64,000 nt of DNA from assembly GCA_013265495.1 (NCBI GenBank), contig MU058636.1:7146295-7210294 (forward strand), written 5' to 3'. The notes beneath the pieces were generated by a model, which was not told where the DNA came from, made no database searches, and saw only the letters and a list, made by a program, of their open reading frames with translations. Position 1 is the first letter of the stretch, and every line of letters begins with the position of its first letter. Source of the DNA: Vicugna vicugna. Its lineage: Eukaryota. Below, in pieces: positions 12,541 to 26,494 of this stretch. A program made the translations under genes and the position numbers.

Positions 12541-14259
12541 GGTTAAACTCCTTATATAAAAACTTTTATTCTCATTTTGCAAGGGAAAAGGCAATATTCT
12601 TTTCATTTTAATCTGAATTTTAAAAATCTATTTTCATAACAAAACCGTCCTTTTTCAGTTTTTAGCAAGTAGTAAACATTTCCCTCTTTACCTAATCTGG
12701 AGAAGGTAAAATTTTTCTGAGAAATTACTTTAGAATTTATTTTTTAAACTGTAATTTTTGACAGATTTCTTACTGAAGGAAAAAAATGCTAGGAAGTAAA
12801 AATGTGTTTGCAAAATGAGTTAGAGTCCAGCAGTCGGTTTTTCTGGACAGTCATCAAGGCACCAGCTACCCTGGGACTGGAGTAAAACGCTCGAGAGCAA
12901 TGCAGGAACAAATATATAAGTTGTTGTTTCATGATGGAGGTATTGTTCACACCTTTCATTTATTCTGTCAGTTACTTAACAAATTTGCCCTGAGCCCCTT
13001 CTGTGCACCAGGCACGACACTACGTTTCGGCAACACAGAGGAGATGCCTACTCCATCCCTTCAAGGAACTGGTAGTCAGACACCTACTGAAACACATAAG
13101 TTAAATATGTTTTTGAAAGCATGTTTTTCCTGTACAATAGCTCAGCCAGTTTCGGCCCCCTTGATGAGTCAGTCATGGGCTCTGCTGCTTGAAGTGGGTC
13201 CTCGCGTGGGAACAGGCGGAAGGCTTCTACCCAGTGCACCGCCCCCATTCAGACCCCTGGGCACACAGTGACGTGCAGCTGTGGCCTTGGAGTCTCCAGA
13301 CCTGAGATGGAGCGTTTTTAATCAACTGTCCAGGAGACTCTCTCTTACACTTTATTTTATGAAATGCTTTGGCAGAAGAGTTTTATTCCTGCATTCAGTT
13401 TCTCTGTTTAATAACAATAATATTTATCCTGGAGAAATGCCCAGTCAGGACTCATTACTTTCCTAGGGGAAATTGTCATAGACTAAATTGGCATGGAACT
13501 GTTCATAAAGAAAATAAGCTTTTTAAGTTCATGTAACAGAATTCATAAATAAATATATATCTCCAACAATTACAAAACATGCATGAAAGCTAAATAATGG
13601 TTGTTCCCAGCATCCCTATTTTGTGTCTTTTGTGTGAGGATCTTTCTAGTGCTTTATAGTACTTAATAGTAGTGTGTGTAGTATTGACTTTCTATCAAGT
13701 CGTACGCTAGATGTTTGAGAAACAAAGATTAGAAGAGAAAAGAGGAGAAGTGTTACCCTCAGGAAGCTGACAGTCTAGCAGGGGGAAAGGAAGCCTAAGC
13801 CGCAGTCCTCAGAGCCACAGCAGAAGCGTGTGCACAGCGCTGCAAGGCAGGCTCTGGTACTTGAATTATTCCGTCTTGTAGCTCCGACCCCGGATCAACC
13901 AGGTGAAAAACGAAAGTATCCATCAATTTGCTTTATATTTCATGTACACAGTGTCAGTAACTGACTGGACTGATTTTTTTCACCAAAATGATGTTGTAAC
14001 TGCATTGAGTGATTATGCGACATCACATGGACGTATCTATAAGCTAAACCGCGGCTGGTCGTTAATGATCGGGGGTCCTCTCTCAGTGACTCCGCAGAGT
14101 CCCTGCTCACGTCTCTGCGCCGTCCTCAGGACTAGCGTTCCGATGGCTCCGCTCTGTTTGTGCTCGTGCTAGCCTGTTGTAACCTCGTTCTCCCAGAGCT
14201 TTCACTAACTGTGTTATTCCTTTTGTTTTCTCCTGCTCTCTTCCCTTTCTATTCAACAG

Positions 14260-14452
14260 TGTTTCCTTCCACAGAGTCCACTCATGTTTAAAGATCAGAT
14301 GCAACAGGATGTGATCATGGTGCTGAAGTTTCCATCAAATTCTCCAGTAACCCATGTGGCAGCCAATACCCTCCCCCACCTGACCATCCCTGCGGTGGTG
14401 ACCGTGACCTGCAGCAGACTGTTCGCGGTGAATCGATGGCACAACACAGTAG
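14260..14452 (+). CDS. NBEA: Neurobeachin exon (CFLPQSPLMFKDQMQQDV...AVNRWHNTV)
   Basis: caacag| acceptor, TAG|gtaagt donor; 193 nt keeps the frame; an alternative in-frame acceptor would start the exon at 14275. Confidence 0.95.
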
Positions 14453-16086
14453 GTAAGTGTGCCTGAGCGAGTCACTTGCTAACAGGGTCTTAAAAGCTGG
14501 GATCAAGTTAAGGGAAGATAAGTGTGCTGGGAGCTCACGAGTTTGCCGAATTAGCTACAAAAAGCAGCAGAGTGAATAACTGCTAAACCTAACTAAACAC
14601 CTCCAGTCTGTCTTATTCATGGCTGCTGTATCTTAGTGCCTCGCAGGACGCTTGGCTAATGGTTAAGAATCAAATAAATATTTGATCAACTGAAGCAATT
14701 CTACAAATAACTCAGGTCTCCCTACCCTATTTGAGTGCTTAACCCCCCAGGAAAAAGAAAAAGAGCAAATACTTTTATGACATATTAAACAAAAGTGAGT
14801 TTGAATTTGGATTTTCTAGATAACGATTTCGAATCCTCTTTCATCCACTTCATTAAGTTATTTAGCAAATATTTGAATGACCACTTTGTGTCAAATGGTC
14901 CTGGGCGCTGGGAGGGTAGCAACAAACAAGACAAACAGCATCTCTCTCTTTGTAGAGCTTAGAATCTTTGAGAACAAACAAAAGCAGAATTGTTCAGTGA
15001 TTTCACGTGTGTTTTCTCCGAACTCATTCCTGAAGTTTCCAGCCAGTACATCTTGAAGTGATACAATTCTGTCATAAAAATTAGACATGTTGATACTTGT
15101 TTAACCAGGACAGGAGTGAATGTGACTAAATGACTTAGTTGGCCCAGTTCACCACTTAAAGTCTCCCTGGAACCCCTGGACTCCCACTGTCTCTAAGACT
15201 GAGTGGATGAGCCACGCTGAATTAACCTGAATCTTTCTATTCTACTGACTTCTGCATCGCACTGAAAAATAGAGTGACTTGTAGATTAATCGCCTAAGGG
15301 TTTCTAAATGCCCCTATTTTATGGTTATTGGTGATATTTTCAACATGAAGTAGAACGACTTCCATTCTATCAGAAATATGCAGCAGGCATCTTTTAAAAG
15401 TATGACTTTATTATTCACAGGAATCTTAACCTCTAAAAACATTTTACATTGAGAGAAAGCTGGAAAGAATTAATTTTTTTTCTTTAAAATTGGTCAAAAG
15501 TGTTATACGTTATACATATGCATATACATGTAAAAAATTATGATCAGTGTACTCAATCAAGCTCTAAACATTAATCCTCCGAACGTAGATTTTATTTTAA
15601 GATTTTAAGTGTAGCTCAGTTTTATACCTTCAGTTGACCTGTCGTCTATTGAAAGAAAGTCCGCTTGGTTGGGCTCCCCACGTTCCCCTCCCCCTGGCCC
15701 AGGGGGGCAGGTGCTTTCATCCACCTACTTGCAGGCATGGCCTTTTCTTAGATTTCAGGCTCACTGATTGCCCGGCAGCCTTAGGTCTCTGATGGGTTCA
15801 AGAAATGTTACATTCTTCCATTTTATATAGCTTTTCTTGTTGTTAGGATAACAGCACTCTTCCTAGCTTTCTGCATCTTAAGTGAAAACCATACCGGCAG
15901 TCTTGTTGTGATTTTTGCTTAAGACCGTCTACAAAAACATGTCGTGGGACTGAATCATTCTTACAGTAACTTACCAAATAATTTTGAAGCAAATCTGTAT
16001 TTTGCATAATCATAAAACACTGCTTATTAGGAAATTTCTCCTTCCTGAGAATTTTATGGTCATTTTCTCTTTTAATTCATCGTCAG

Positions 16087-16158
16087 GCCTCAGAGGAGCT
16101 CCGGGTTACTCCTTGGATCAGGCCCATCATCTTCCCATTGAAATGGATCCGCTCATTG
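16087..16158 (+). CDS. NBEA: Neurobeachin exon (GLRGAPGYSLDQAHHLPIEMDPLI)
   Basis: cgtcag| acceptor, TTG|gtatgt donor; 72 nt, phase 1-1. Confidence 0.95.
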
Positions 16159-18017
16159 GTATGTTAACAACAAAAGTGCATTTTCATACTGCTGCCCAGC
16201 CACGGACTCCTGTGTGGTTACTTATCACAAGTGATAGTTGAATACTGTTTTTTTCTGCCACAAAATTCTTGTGCAAAGAACGTCAGATTACCATCAAGGA
16301 GCCATAAGAAGCTATCTAAGAAATCTGTGGTATTAAGACAATTATTTGTGGCGTTTTCTTGGTATTTTAGGAGGTCACTTAGGTTGGCAAACTAAACTAG
16401 GCAAAGAACTCCAAAGTGTTCTTTCTCCCAGCCTCAGCTCTTCTTTAACAAGTTCATATTATTTGAACTATGTAAGGACTCAAAGCTATTATTAGAGAAA
16501 ACTAATGCTGAAGAATATATTTGGTGGAAATCTCCATTCAATAGGGCTAAACATTTTTCTTAGAGTTCATATGAATTGTAAACTCAGGAGCTGTAACTCG
16601 TCACAGCAGATATTCCAAGTGTTTTTGAATAATCACACCTATTTATTAGCTGGACGACTCAGAGCAAACACCTTCATCTTCCTGGGCCTTAGTTCACATC
16701 TGCGAGATGGTTGCTAATGATGTTTGCTCTACCCATCTCATGGGCTCATAGAGAGAACTAAATTAGAAAGAAATTGAAAATGGCATGAAAAATTATAAAG
16801 CCATATACAAGTTATGGTATTTTTTCTTAGATTAATTCACCCTTCCTCTTTGAACCCAGAAGTAAGATGAGAGGCAGTTTGGTTACTCATCCTCCTACAC
16901 AAACTAGCATTTACATGCCTTTGGGAGGATATACCCTCAGGACAAGGAATATTTTTAGAGCCGAGTCTAGCTGTTCCTCTGCTGAAGAGACGTTAACAAT
17001 CACATACAGCTTGACTGTAACCATGGAAAAATTAATAGGTGTTCTCTAATTAATCAAGGACCAATGACATAGTTCTCCAGTGACTCGGGAACCTCTCATT
17101 TTCTCTTCCTTTGCTGTTTTTTTTTTTTTAAGTAATTTTTTATTTTTACTTTCTCTAGTAATTATTATTATACTGTCAGTCGATATCCACAGAGTAGCAC
17201 TTAGATTTAATTGGTGTTAGAAAGCGATGGTGATCTCCTACATCTGCATTTTCTGTTTAAGAATTCAGCCCAGGGACTTAGCGTGAAAGGACGACGTGGA
17301 GTAAGGGACAGGCTGGCATGCAGACAGGCACTAGGGAAATCAGCCGGCCGTCTCTGAGTTCCTGACTTTATTCAGATTCAATCCCAGGGCTACCCGCTGA
17401 TTCTCTGCCTGTCTTTGCTCCCCAGTCCCTCTCCCATCTTTCTTACTCCTCTCCTCCCCTGCCAGCCCGTTCTGGAAAGGCTTCTGTTTGTTGACAATCC
17501 AGATCTTTAAAGTTGCTGACCTAAAGCTCCCTGAGGGGCTGCCGACATAACACACCCCTTGCTCAAACCCCTACTTTCTTCTTTTCACATGAATTGTAAA
17601 TGCCATCAGAAAATGACAGGTGGGGGCAAATAGTAAGACATTTTTTCCTTCTATAACATATTTCATACAATATTTATTCCTCATTATGATTGAATTTGTT
17701 GGACACCACTGAACTTGTGCATGGTGAACATCTATTGAATTAAAGGCATTTTAATATTTTTATTATGTTTCAAATTCCTATCAGTGAAGGAAAAACTTAA
17801 ACTTCCAACAATTTCTAAATATATAATATGGTTCATAAATAATCACTGCTACTAAAAAGTTTATATTCCTCATGGGGAAATGGTAAGATCTTAACAACTC
17901 TTCTAGCCTTAAAAACCCATTTCTAGATAAATAAAGCATAAAAATATTCCTTCTATAAGAGCTTATTGGGACTCTTGTGGGATCTTTCCTTGAATTCTTT
18001 TTTCTGTTTATGTTTAG

Positions 18018-18173
18018 CCAATAACTCTGGCGTGAACAAGCGGCAGATCACAGACCTCGTTGACCAGAGCATACAAATCAATGCCCATTGTTTTGTGGTC
18101 ACAGCAGATAATCGCTACATTCTTATCTGTGGATTCTGGGATAAGAGTTTCAGAGTTTATTCTACAGAAACAG
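18018..18173 (+). CDS. NBEA: Neurobeachin exon, WD40 region (ANNSGVNKRQITDLVDQ...FRVYSTET)
   Basis: tgtttag| acceptor, CAG|gtaaat donor; 156 nt, phase 1-1; CGFWDKSFRVY WD-like motif. Confidence 0.96.
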
Positions 18174-18706
18174 GTAAATTTAAGCAGGAAATACCTTATC
18201 CTCTTCAAAATGCCCACTTTTACACCCAAAGCTTCATATGAAATCCTACTTAATAATGTAGGTATTTTTATCTTGAGTGCCAAGATTCAAATTAAATGTA
18301 CACATTGTAAGTAACTGACTACTTACAATTCCATCCACTGTGAACTTTAGCATGAGCTGAGCCCTGAGTTCACAGGACAAGTGGGACTGCTATCTCCTTC
18401 CCCAAATCAGATCCAGTAAAAGACCTTAAACCTCCCCTTAGTCTGGCCCAAGCCCTGGGGAAAAAAATCACGAATCATGATTGTGTTATTTTATAAGTTC
18501 TTTCCTTAAAAAAAAAATCCCAAGTGACATTCTTGTATCATTTTTTTAGAAGCCATTCAACAAACCAAATCTGTAGCTAGATTTGAATTACCTTATAAGT
18601 TGACTGGTCTATAGAATCACTTTTCACAAATCTAAAATAAAGTTAAGCTTATTACCATTTAATGAAAAATAGCAAATGAGTTCAACCTGCCATTTCTGTG
18701 TTTCAG

Positions 18707-18877
18707 GGAAGCTAACTCAGATTGTATTTGGTCACTGGGATGTGGTCACGTGCTTGGCCAGGTCTGAGTCATACATCGGTGGGGACTGCTACATTGTGTC
18801 TGGGTCACGGGATGCGACCCTGCTCCTCTGGTACTGGAGTGGGCGACACCATATCATAGGAGACAACCCAAACAGCA
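18707..18877 (+). CDS. NBEA: Neurobeachin exon, WD40 repeat ([17 protein letters not shown]...[11 protein letters not shown]...NPNS)
   Basis: tttcag| acceptor, GCA|gtaagt donor; 171 nt; canonical GH...SGSxD...W WD40 motif. Confidence 0.97.
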
Positions 18878-21800
18878 GTAAGTATTTGTCTAGAATTGTC
18901 CTCTCAGACTGTAAATTCATCTAAATATATTTTGCCTTTTTTATTCCCCTCATAGTTTTTCCCAGGGGTTGTAAGAATTTTAAAATATGAAAGCTAAAGT
19001 GGCAAACATCTCATTGGAATGTAGCTATGTCCGAAGTGTAAAAAAGAGCAACTTCTATGCCCTTCCGCCTGAGGAAGCCCTCACATCCCCTCACACAGAC
19101 CCTCTGCTCAGCTGCCTTCCTCAATCTCCAGATGTCCTCATCCTCCAGAAATTTCCTTCCGTGTTACCTAGTCTGTTCAACTTCCTGTGATTTCTCTCAG
19201 CTGAGTATAGTCTCTCCCTTCTCTGAATTTCTGGAAGATTTTATTTGTGCCTCCGTGAGGACACTCACTACTTTCTACCACGGGGTGTCGTAAATATCTC
19301 TGTTTGTTTATTTAGCAATGATTGAGTACCCTCTTCAGATTAAGCGTTGGGGAGGCAAAAACTGAATATGATGATTTCTTTGCTTGGGATGATTTCCTGA
19401 GTGTTTCCTATTCAAAAGTGCTCCCTAAAATGTGCTGTTGGAAAAAATGGGAGGGAATCCAGAGTGAAACAATTTTAGAAAACACTCCACACACTCTCGC
19501 CTTCAAGGTGAGCTCTGAACATCGTACGCAAGTAAATCTTTTGACATTTGTGTCGCTCACAGCTTCTCAAACATGTTTTCCATGGAACATTTTGTTCATG
19601 GAAGAGCCATTATTATTCCTTGGAGCTGCCATTCTGAGGAAACACAGAAGTGGACCATGAGTCTCTTCTTCCCGTCTTAAGTCTCTGGTGCCCGGCACAG
19701 AGACACACGTAATACGTTTTCAGTAAATATGGTGAAATGACCAAAGAACTACATATGAGATTTCCTAGAAATAATTACTGTTTTTAATGACCAAACTGTC
19801 AATAGTTCAAATGCACGTATTTCCTGTAAAATAGAGGATGACTTCTGTAAAGTGTTGATAATAGCAAATACCTACACCAGGGTTATTCTGATCGTAATTC
19901 ATACAGTCGTCACAGCTTCAATGATGCTCCAGAATAAACTGAAACATAAGTTTGGACATATTGATGACAAAACAGAGATAGAAATTTCCCAGGAATGCTG
20001 TGTATCTGCCAGTGAAACTTTGTAAGAGTAGGTGAGAAATGGACAAAAATACCGTGTCGCAACTGCATGGCTGGTCTGTTCAGCCTTTGAGAGAGCTGGG
20101 CGCGGAGCCCGAGCTGTCCAGCCACCCTTCAAGTCCCACCCACCCCCAGCTCTTATGTGTTTTGAAAGGAATACTGAAAAAGAAATAAATGGCTTTCAGT
20201 TGATAGGAGTAAAGGCCCTATCATAGGTCCTGAAGAGTATGATACATACACATACGAAGGTAGTGAGAGAGTGAGCTAGGTGGCCAGGTGATGTGTGAGG
20301 TTTCATGCCTGTTGCCCACAGCTAGAGGGGAGGAACAGTAGATGAAGAAACTAAAAGTGCAGTATGGAAGTGGTGTCTCTTAACAGTGAGGTTACTGAAT
20401 AAGAGAAAGTGTGTGGATTGTACGTTTCAGCCTCTGCTCTGAGCTGTGAACTAAGATGTGATTGGTATTAGTCTGAAGAAAACACATGTTCAGTGTTGCT
20501 TGATTTCCAACCAAGTCAAATAATTAGCTACCAATTATATGTTATAGCAAACATCATACTCTGAATACTGATAAGTTAACCTCCTAATTTACTCTTTTTT
20601 TAAACCATAGCCGTAAAAAAAGAAACTTCATTTTTAGTAGAATTCTTGTGTATGTGTGTTTGTAAAAGACATTTGATCTACCAGTGTTGACTTTATTATT
20701 CTCAAGCATGGTGCATTATCACATGTGTTTTATCTAAATGTATGTTTACATATTTCCAAATTTTCTGTTTCCAGAGTAGTGTAGCATTCATTAGAATTAG
20801 AAGAAAAGTTCAGTTAAGCACCAGGGCTGTGTGGTATCTTCCATCTGTTATTGACAAAAGTTAGAAGTTACCGGATAGAAAAACTTTTTCTAAAGAAACA
20901 GAATAGTTTTTAAAATCCAATTAATAAACATCTTCAAAGTGAACCTCAGAAATGATGAAAATGATATTTCCAAAAAGAGAATTCATTTCTTAAAAACTAC
21001 CAGCTGGTAGCAGAGAAGATACTTAATATAATGTACTGCTATGAGGTAAACAATTTTAAAGAAAAATGTCAATTATAGTAATTATCTGTTAACTACTTTA
21101 TTTTCTAATGATCTTTTAAGCCAAATGATGATTAACAATTGATTGTAGGTATATTCCCTCACTTAGCAAGAAATTTAAAATGTAGTAATATTTAGTGTGT
21201 TTAAAGTCCCTTAAAACAGGAGCTCTGGAAATGGAAATGTTTATGTTAATGCTTAAGAACAGAATTATGAATACTGGATTTATTTAAATGTAGCATTTCA
21301 TTTAAACTTTAAAGACAAGATTATCCCTAAGAAATTATTGCAAAATATTATCCATGAAGTATTACCTCCATTTATAGGAACTTGTTTTTTATCAAAAACT
21401 GTTGTCATCATTATGAATCTAAAGGACTTCCGTAAAACCCACCCTGCCAAGACTTCCTTGGGCGTTTAATGTGGGCATGTGTAGTATGGTTCCATTTTAT
21501 CCATTATCCTTAACATAAAGGGAAAAAATACTCTTCTAGAACAAACTGGATGGGTACCTAAAGTATTAGTCAAGCAACAAGCATGTGGAATGCCTGCTGT
21601 GTGCTGGTACTGTCTTAGCAGCTGGGAGTGCTGGGTAGTGAAATCCTCTGCCTTTCTGGGCTTCACAAAGTCTATATTATAATGAGCACAAAACTGCTTT
21701 TCCTGCTTGGAAGTGCTGACTGTATTGAGTATTACATGAATCATGAATTGCTATCAGATAATATTTTGTATCATAAGATCTTTGGGTATCCCCAAAATGC

Positions 21801-24800
21801 TGAATCTTACCTCTTGGGCACAAATTGAACATTATGTAAAAACTGGTTTCAGCTTTTTATCATACGGATAAGCGTAATAGTAAAAAATAATTAGTCACAT
21901 TTAGTATGGCTTTGACTCGACTGATTGATGAGTCACTTAATCTGTTAAAATGGCCCACCTGGCAGCACATGTGTGCTTGCCTAGAGACCATATATATTGG
22001 TCAGTTCACTTTCTGTACAGGCAGTCAGAGCACACGCTGAACTGACCGTCACATCGGGGATCAGCCCTGGGTGTTAACACATACTTAGTCCTTGCCATCA
22101 GAAAACTCATAATATGAGAGAATAAGGGTTTTTTTCTTTTTTCTTTTTTTTCCTGATTCAGTTTAATCTATTCTAGCTACCAACTCACAGGTCAGAGAAT
22201 CAGGCTATACGTGTTTTCTATCTCATAATGCATTGCTACTTAAGACCAAAAAAGCTAGTTACGTCTAAATTCATATCACAGTGTGTGACACAATGCCCTT
22301 AGGTTTTGAGGGGTGTATACATTAACCTAGACTTGAAGGGGGAAGTCCTAGCATGAAGCATAATCCTCGTAGCTGTTAGAATTCAGAAATTGGTCTTGGT
22401 GTGGACACTGAATTCACTTTGTGTGTCAGGGGCTGAATCATATATATTCAGCACAACACCATAACGTGATAGGATTCATTACTCACCTTATGTTCACATC
22501 ACTGAAACTTTCCCGAGATAAACTCAAGTGCTTTAATATATGTACGTTTCTTTTGCCTTGTCATTATTATTTTTTTTAACAGGTAGCTCTATTAGTGCCA
22601 TAGAGGGGAAAAAAATAAGTAATGTTTGTGAATTTTTTTAGATAGGCATAGAGTTTATGGTTTCCTTGTGTCAAACATATTGTTGTCACTAACTAGACAT
22701 GTCATAAATAAGCCTTTTTCTAATTATTTCTATAGTGTTAATGAATTTGCTGCAAAGACAATAAGAACGTGTAAACCAATTATTACACAGAGTCTCAGAC
22801 CATAAAAGAAATAAGCAAAAGCTGTCAGGCGTAGGTTCCAGTTGAATTATAGTTGTTTTACTAATATATTTAATGCAGATATTCATTGTTACTCTTTCAG
22901 ACTTGTGATTTGAGCACAGACAGTTTTCTTGTAGATTGAAATAGGGTCCCCAACTAGATAAGAGAATTGCAGAGATGTGAGGGACAGCCGCTTTCATCTG
23001 AAACAGACTTCTACACAAATTCTGAAACTAATTTGGAAGTGATAAAAATTCATTCGCACACTTTAATTGGAAGCAGGCTCTCGCATGAAAGAAGGGAGAG
23101 CAGAGCAGGCACTTTGTGCTAAAAGCTGATTGAATTTTTGGTCAGGCAGGTATCTTGGACTTGGCCGCTTATCCTCCTGAGCCCTTCTCTGCAATATGTT
23201 ACAGCCCATCTCTGACTGGTGTTCTTTAAAAGGATCAATGCTATTCCTGTTGAATCCCTAGAGCCCCAAATTTCATTGATCTTGGGACTTGACATTTCTC
23301 ATTACGTGCTGTAGCTTCCAACCAGATAGTCACGAGAGGGGCAAGTCAACATCGTCTCAACAGACGCTTAAAATACATGGGGACCTCAGCTCAAAATCCA
23401 GTCTGCACTGAAAGAGTGTGGTTTGAGCGTTTATACCAGATGCGAGGTGCTTGATAGAAAGCTTGTTGAAAATGTTTGCAGTCGTTGCAGCAGGAAACTT
23501 TGAAAGAGAATTTACTGTTCATCTCTTCATACCAAACCGACGAATGTTCATTGAGTAGTATGTATAAGGCGTTGTTGTCGTGCTTTTCCTATTTCACTTT
23601 TGAAAACAAGTCTTTTAGCTCCTGTGTGAGCATTATGCAAGCTCTGAAACGGGAAGCCTGTGGCGAAGGAGACTCCAGCTGTGCACACACCCCTTCCCTG
23701 GGCTCCCATTGTGTGCGCTTCAGCTCCGGACACCCACCCTCCCGCCAGCCACAACCTGTCACTGAGCATCTGCCAAATCGCATCCCTTGCTTTGTCTGCA
23801 TCCAGCCTTCTTTTAAAACGACCATCCTGGTGCCCAGCTCCACAGCCACCACTAACTAGTGGTGTTACAGGAGCTGAAGAAAGCCTGGACAAAGAACAGC
23901 CTAGAGATACTAATTATATATATATATATATTAACTTCTCTCACTTCTCAGAGCAAAGGCTCTTAGCTGAGGTTTAGGAAACATTAAACCATCTTCTCAT
24001 TAACCCTGAGAGGGAGCGTGGTCAGCTGTGTAATAATTCACACCTCGCAGGGCTTTCTGATAACGTCTGTGCTGTAGCATCCCCAGCACGGGTCCGCTCC
24101 ACAGGATACCCCTCAGCCCGCCCATTCCCCCGGCTTCACGTCGGGAGACTACGGAGTTCCTGACTAAGAAGGGGGCTGCTTGCCACTCAGTTTCTGCTTT
24201 CCTTTTCCTCTTATGGAACTAAGGCTCCAAGGGTCTTTGTCCTGGATCAGAAGCAGTATAAGAAACAAGAGTGGCTAGTATGTTCGCGTGATCGGAGAGC
24301 CTCAGCTCTGTGCCGGCGGGCTCTCCGGCATCATGCAGAACCCTACTTCCTTGGGAGAGGCAAGTAGACTGTACTGTTGATTATGTGGGGGTGGAAAAGG
24401 TGGAGCAGTAATGTACTGTGGCCTGGATCCAGGTTTAGGTCTTCAAGGAAAGAGATCTGCCCTGAAACAACAGTGCTCAGAGGAAGGTGTGGTCAGTGTC
24501 CTCTCTGAAGAAGGAAAAAAACGACTTAGGGTGAATGAATAAATAGGTTTATCTCTATCTCGTATTTCTCATCAAGCACTCTGTGAGTGTACAATAAAAT
24601 GAAACCACATCATGGGACATTTTCCAACCCGTGGAATATTTTTATGTGGCTTAGCTTGTGACCTGTGGAAAATGCAGGCCCCAGCGTCTCTGGTACTTGG
24701 GCCAGAAACCATTGCAACAGCCCTCAGGTGGCTGGGGACCAGCATCTCAGTAAGGGACTCCTTACCAATGGGGTTCTTCTGAGCTATCCCAGCAAGTGTC

Positions 24801-26390
24801 AAACATAATTTGTTGCAAATAAATTTTGAAATTGGAGTAGTGATGAGATTACCACACCCTTTGAAATCTCTTATTTTGGGATTTAAAGTCAAAAATCCAT
24901 CATTTTTACGTAGGTATAAACATGAATGAAAATACCTTCTGCAGTGATTCTGCAGTAACTCAGCAAAGGTCATAGATAAAATCTGAATGTCGTATATCAT
25001 CAAGAGGTTCATTTTCTGACTCCAGCGGAACCGCACTGAGGACTATAGAAAAACTGCTGGTTTTGTTTATCTCTAATTCAGAAGGACCAAAGCTTCCCCT
25101 GCGCATTAGTCGTCCCATAAATGAGGTTCAAAATAATAAGAACCATGAGTAATCTTTACTTTGATCATTTCTCTGAACGCCATAGACAATCACGCGGAAA
25201 AAGCTCTCCTTGTCAGCTCTGTGTAAAGGGCAGCATCTAATACCTTTGTACTTTTCTCATCATCCATTTTAAAAATACTGAAATGGCTTATGATAAAAAT
25301 GAGATGGAATCTGCGTATTGTAAGCCTTTTACATCTGGGGCTTCCAAATGCTTGCCTGTAAGGAATCTCAAAATTGGACATGTTTGTTCTTTATCATGTA
25401 TAGTAATTCCATCACACAGAAAGCTCTTCTCCTGAGAAAGTGGCTGGGGAAGGAAGGCAGTGATGCTGTGGTCCTTGGAGGGGAGATCTCACCTGCACCT
25501 CCCTCTGCGCGGGACCCTTTAACCCTCAGCTACATCCATCAATTGTGATGTGACAGTGACAGAATATTCCTAGGATTTTGAATGATTGTTGGGGTGTGTG
25601 ACATCTGTCCCTGGCAGTGAAATGAAATGCAGGAAATATGCTTTCTCCCTGCTGCCAGTTCCCCAAGTCAGAAACCCCCAAATAACATTTTGTTTACTTT
25701 TCTATAGTTTAAAGAGGGAAACAATGCTTTCAGAGGCCCTGTAAAATCCCCTAGGTTTCACAGTTTATTCAGATGATCTGGGGAAATTGTAATGAAAACT
25801 TTAAACATTTTAAACTTTCTAAATCAGAGAGAAGCCTTTGAAAAATGTATTTCCTTATAGAAAATATATTACATGCATAAGAAATATTTTTACACATCTT
25901 TAAAATTCCCTGCAGTGGAACTAGATGCATTTTACTTTTTCTGTAGCGTATAAGGGAAAGCTTTACAAAACTCTGTATGAATTTTATTAAGCATATATTG
26001 TAGGATTTTTAATTCATCAGTCTCTCCAAGGTAAAATAATCACTTAGAAAAATTAAGGATAATATTACACATAAAATATTATCGATAGTTAATCTTCATT
26101 TTGCTGGGGAATTCAGGGCATCTTTGAAGCATAATTTTATCAATTATATAAATATGTTTCAGACAAATCCAGTACTGCTGACAAATATAAGTGGGTACTC
26201 TGCCAATATTCAAACACAGTCTAACAAGGTGCATAAATTTAGAATAAGACGACACACTAACATGGGCTTTCAGCCTCCCTCCCACATGCCATCCAAATAA
26301 GAAATTCCCCAAAAGCGAACTGGAAGCTGATGCACCTGAGAAAACTCAGAAAACTGTGAGCAGGTCCGAGCAGACAGGAGACCAGTGGGT

Positions 26391-26494
26391 CTGCAGGAGG
26401 AGACACTGGCGGACCGGAGGGGAAGAGTGGTGGGTACCTCGCCTGCAGGAGGAGACACTGGCGGACCGGAGGGGAAGAGTGGTGGGTACCTCGC
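26391..26494. repeat. Perfect 52-bp tandem duplication (2 copies)
   Basis: ctgcaggaggagacactggcggaccggaggggaagagtggtgggtacctcgc at 26391-26442 and 26443-26494. Confidence 0.95.

Noticed and set aside
14449..14458. Alternative donor 4 nt upstream (ACA|gtaggt)
   Set aside because: Would frameshift; the downstream gtaagt donor is consensus and keeps the NBEA frame.
24572..25036. 154-aa antisense ORF inside an NBEA intron, considered as a nested gene like MAB21L1
   Set aside because: Non-ATG start and no similarity to MAB21L1 or other known proteins; MAB21L1 is not in this window.
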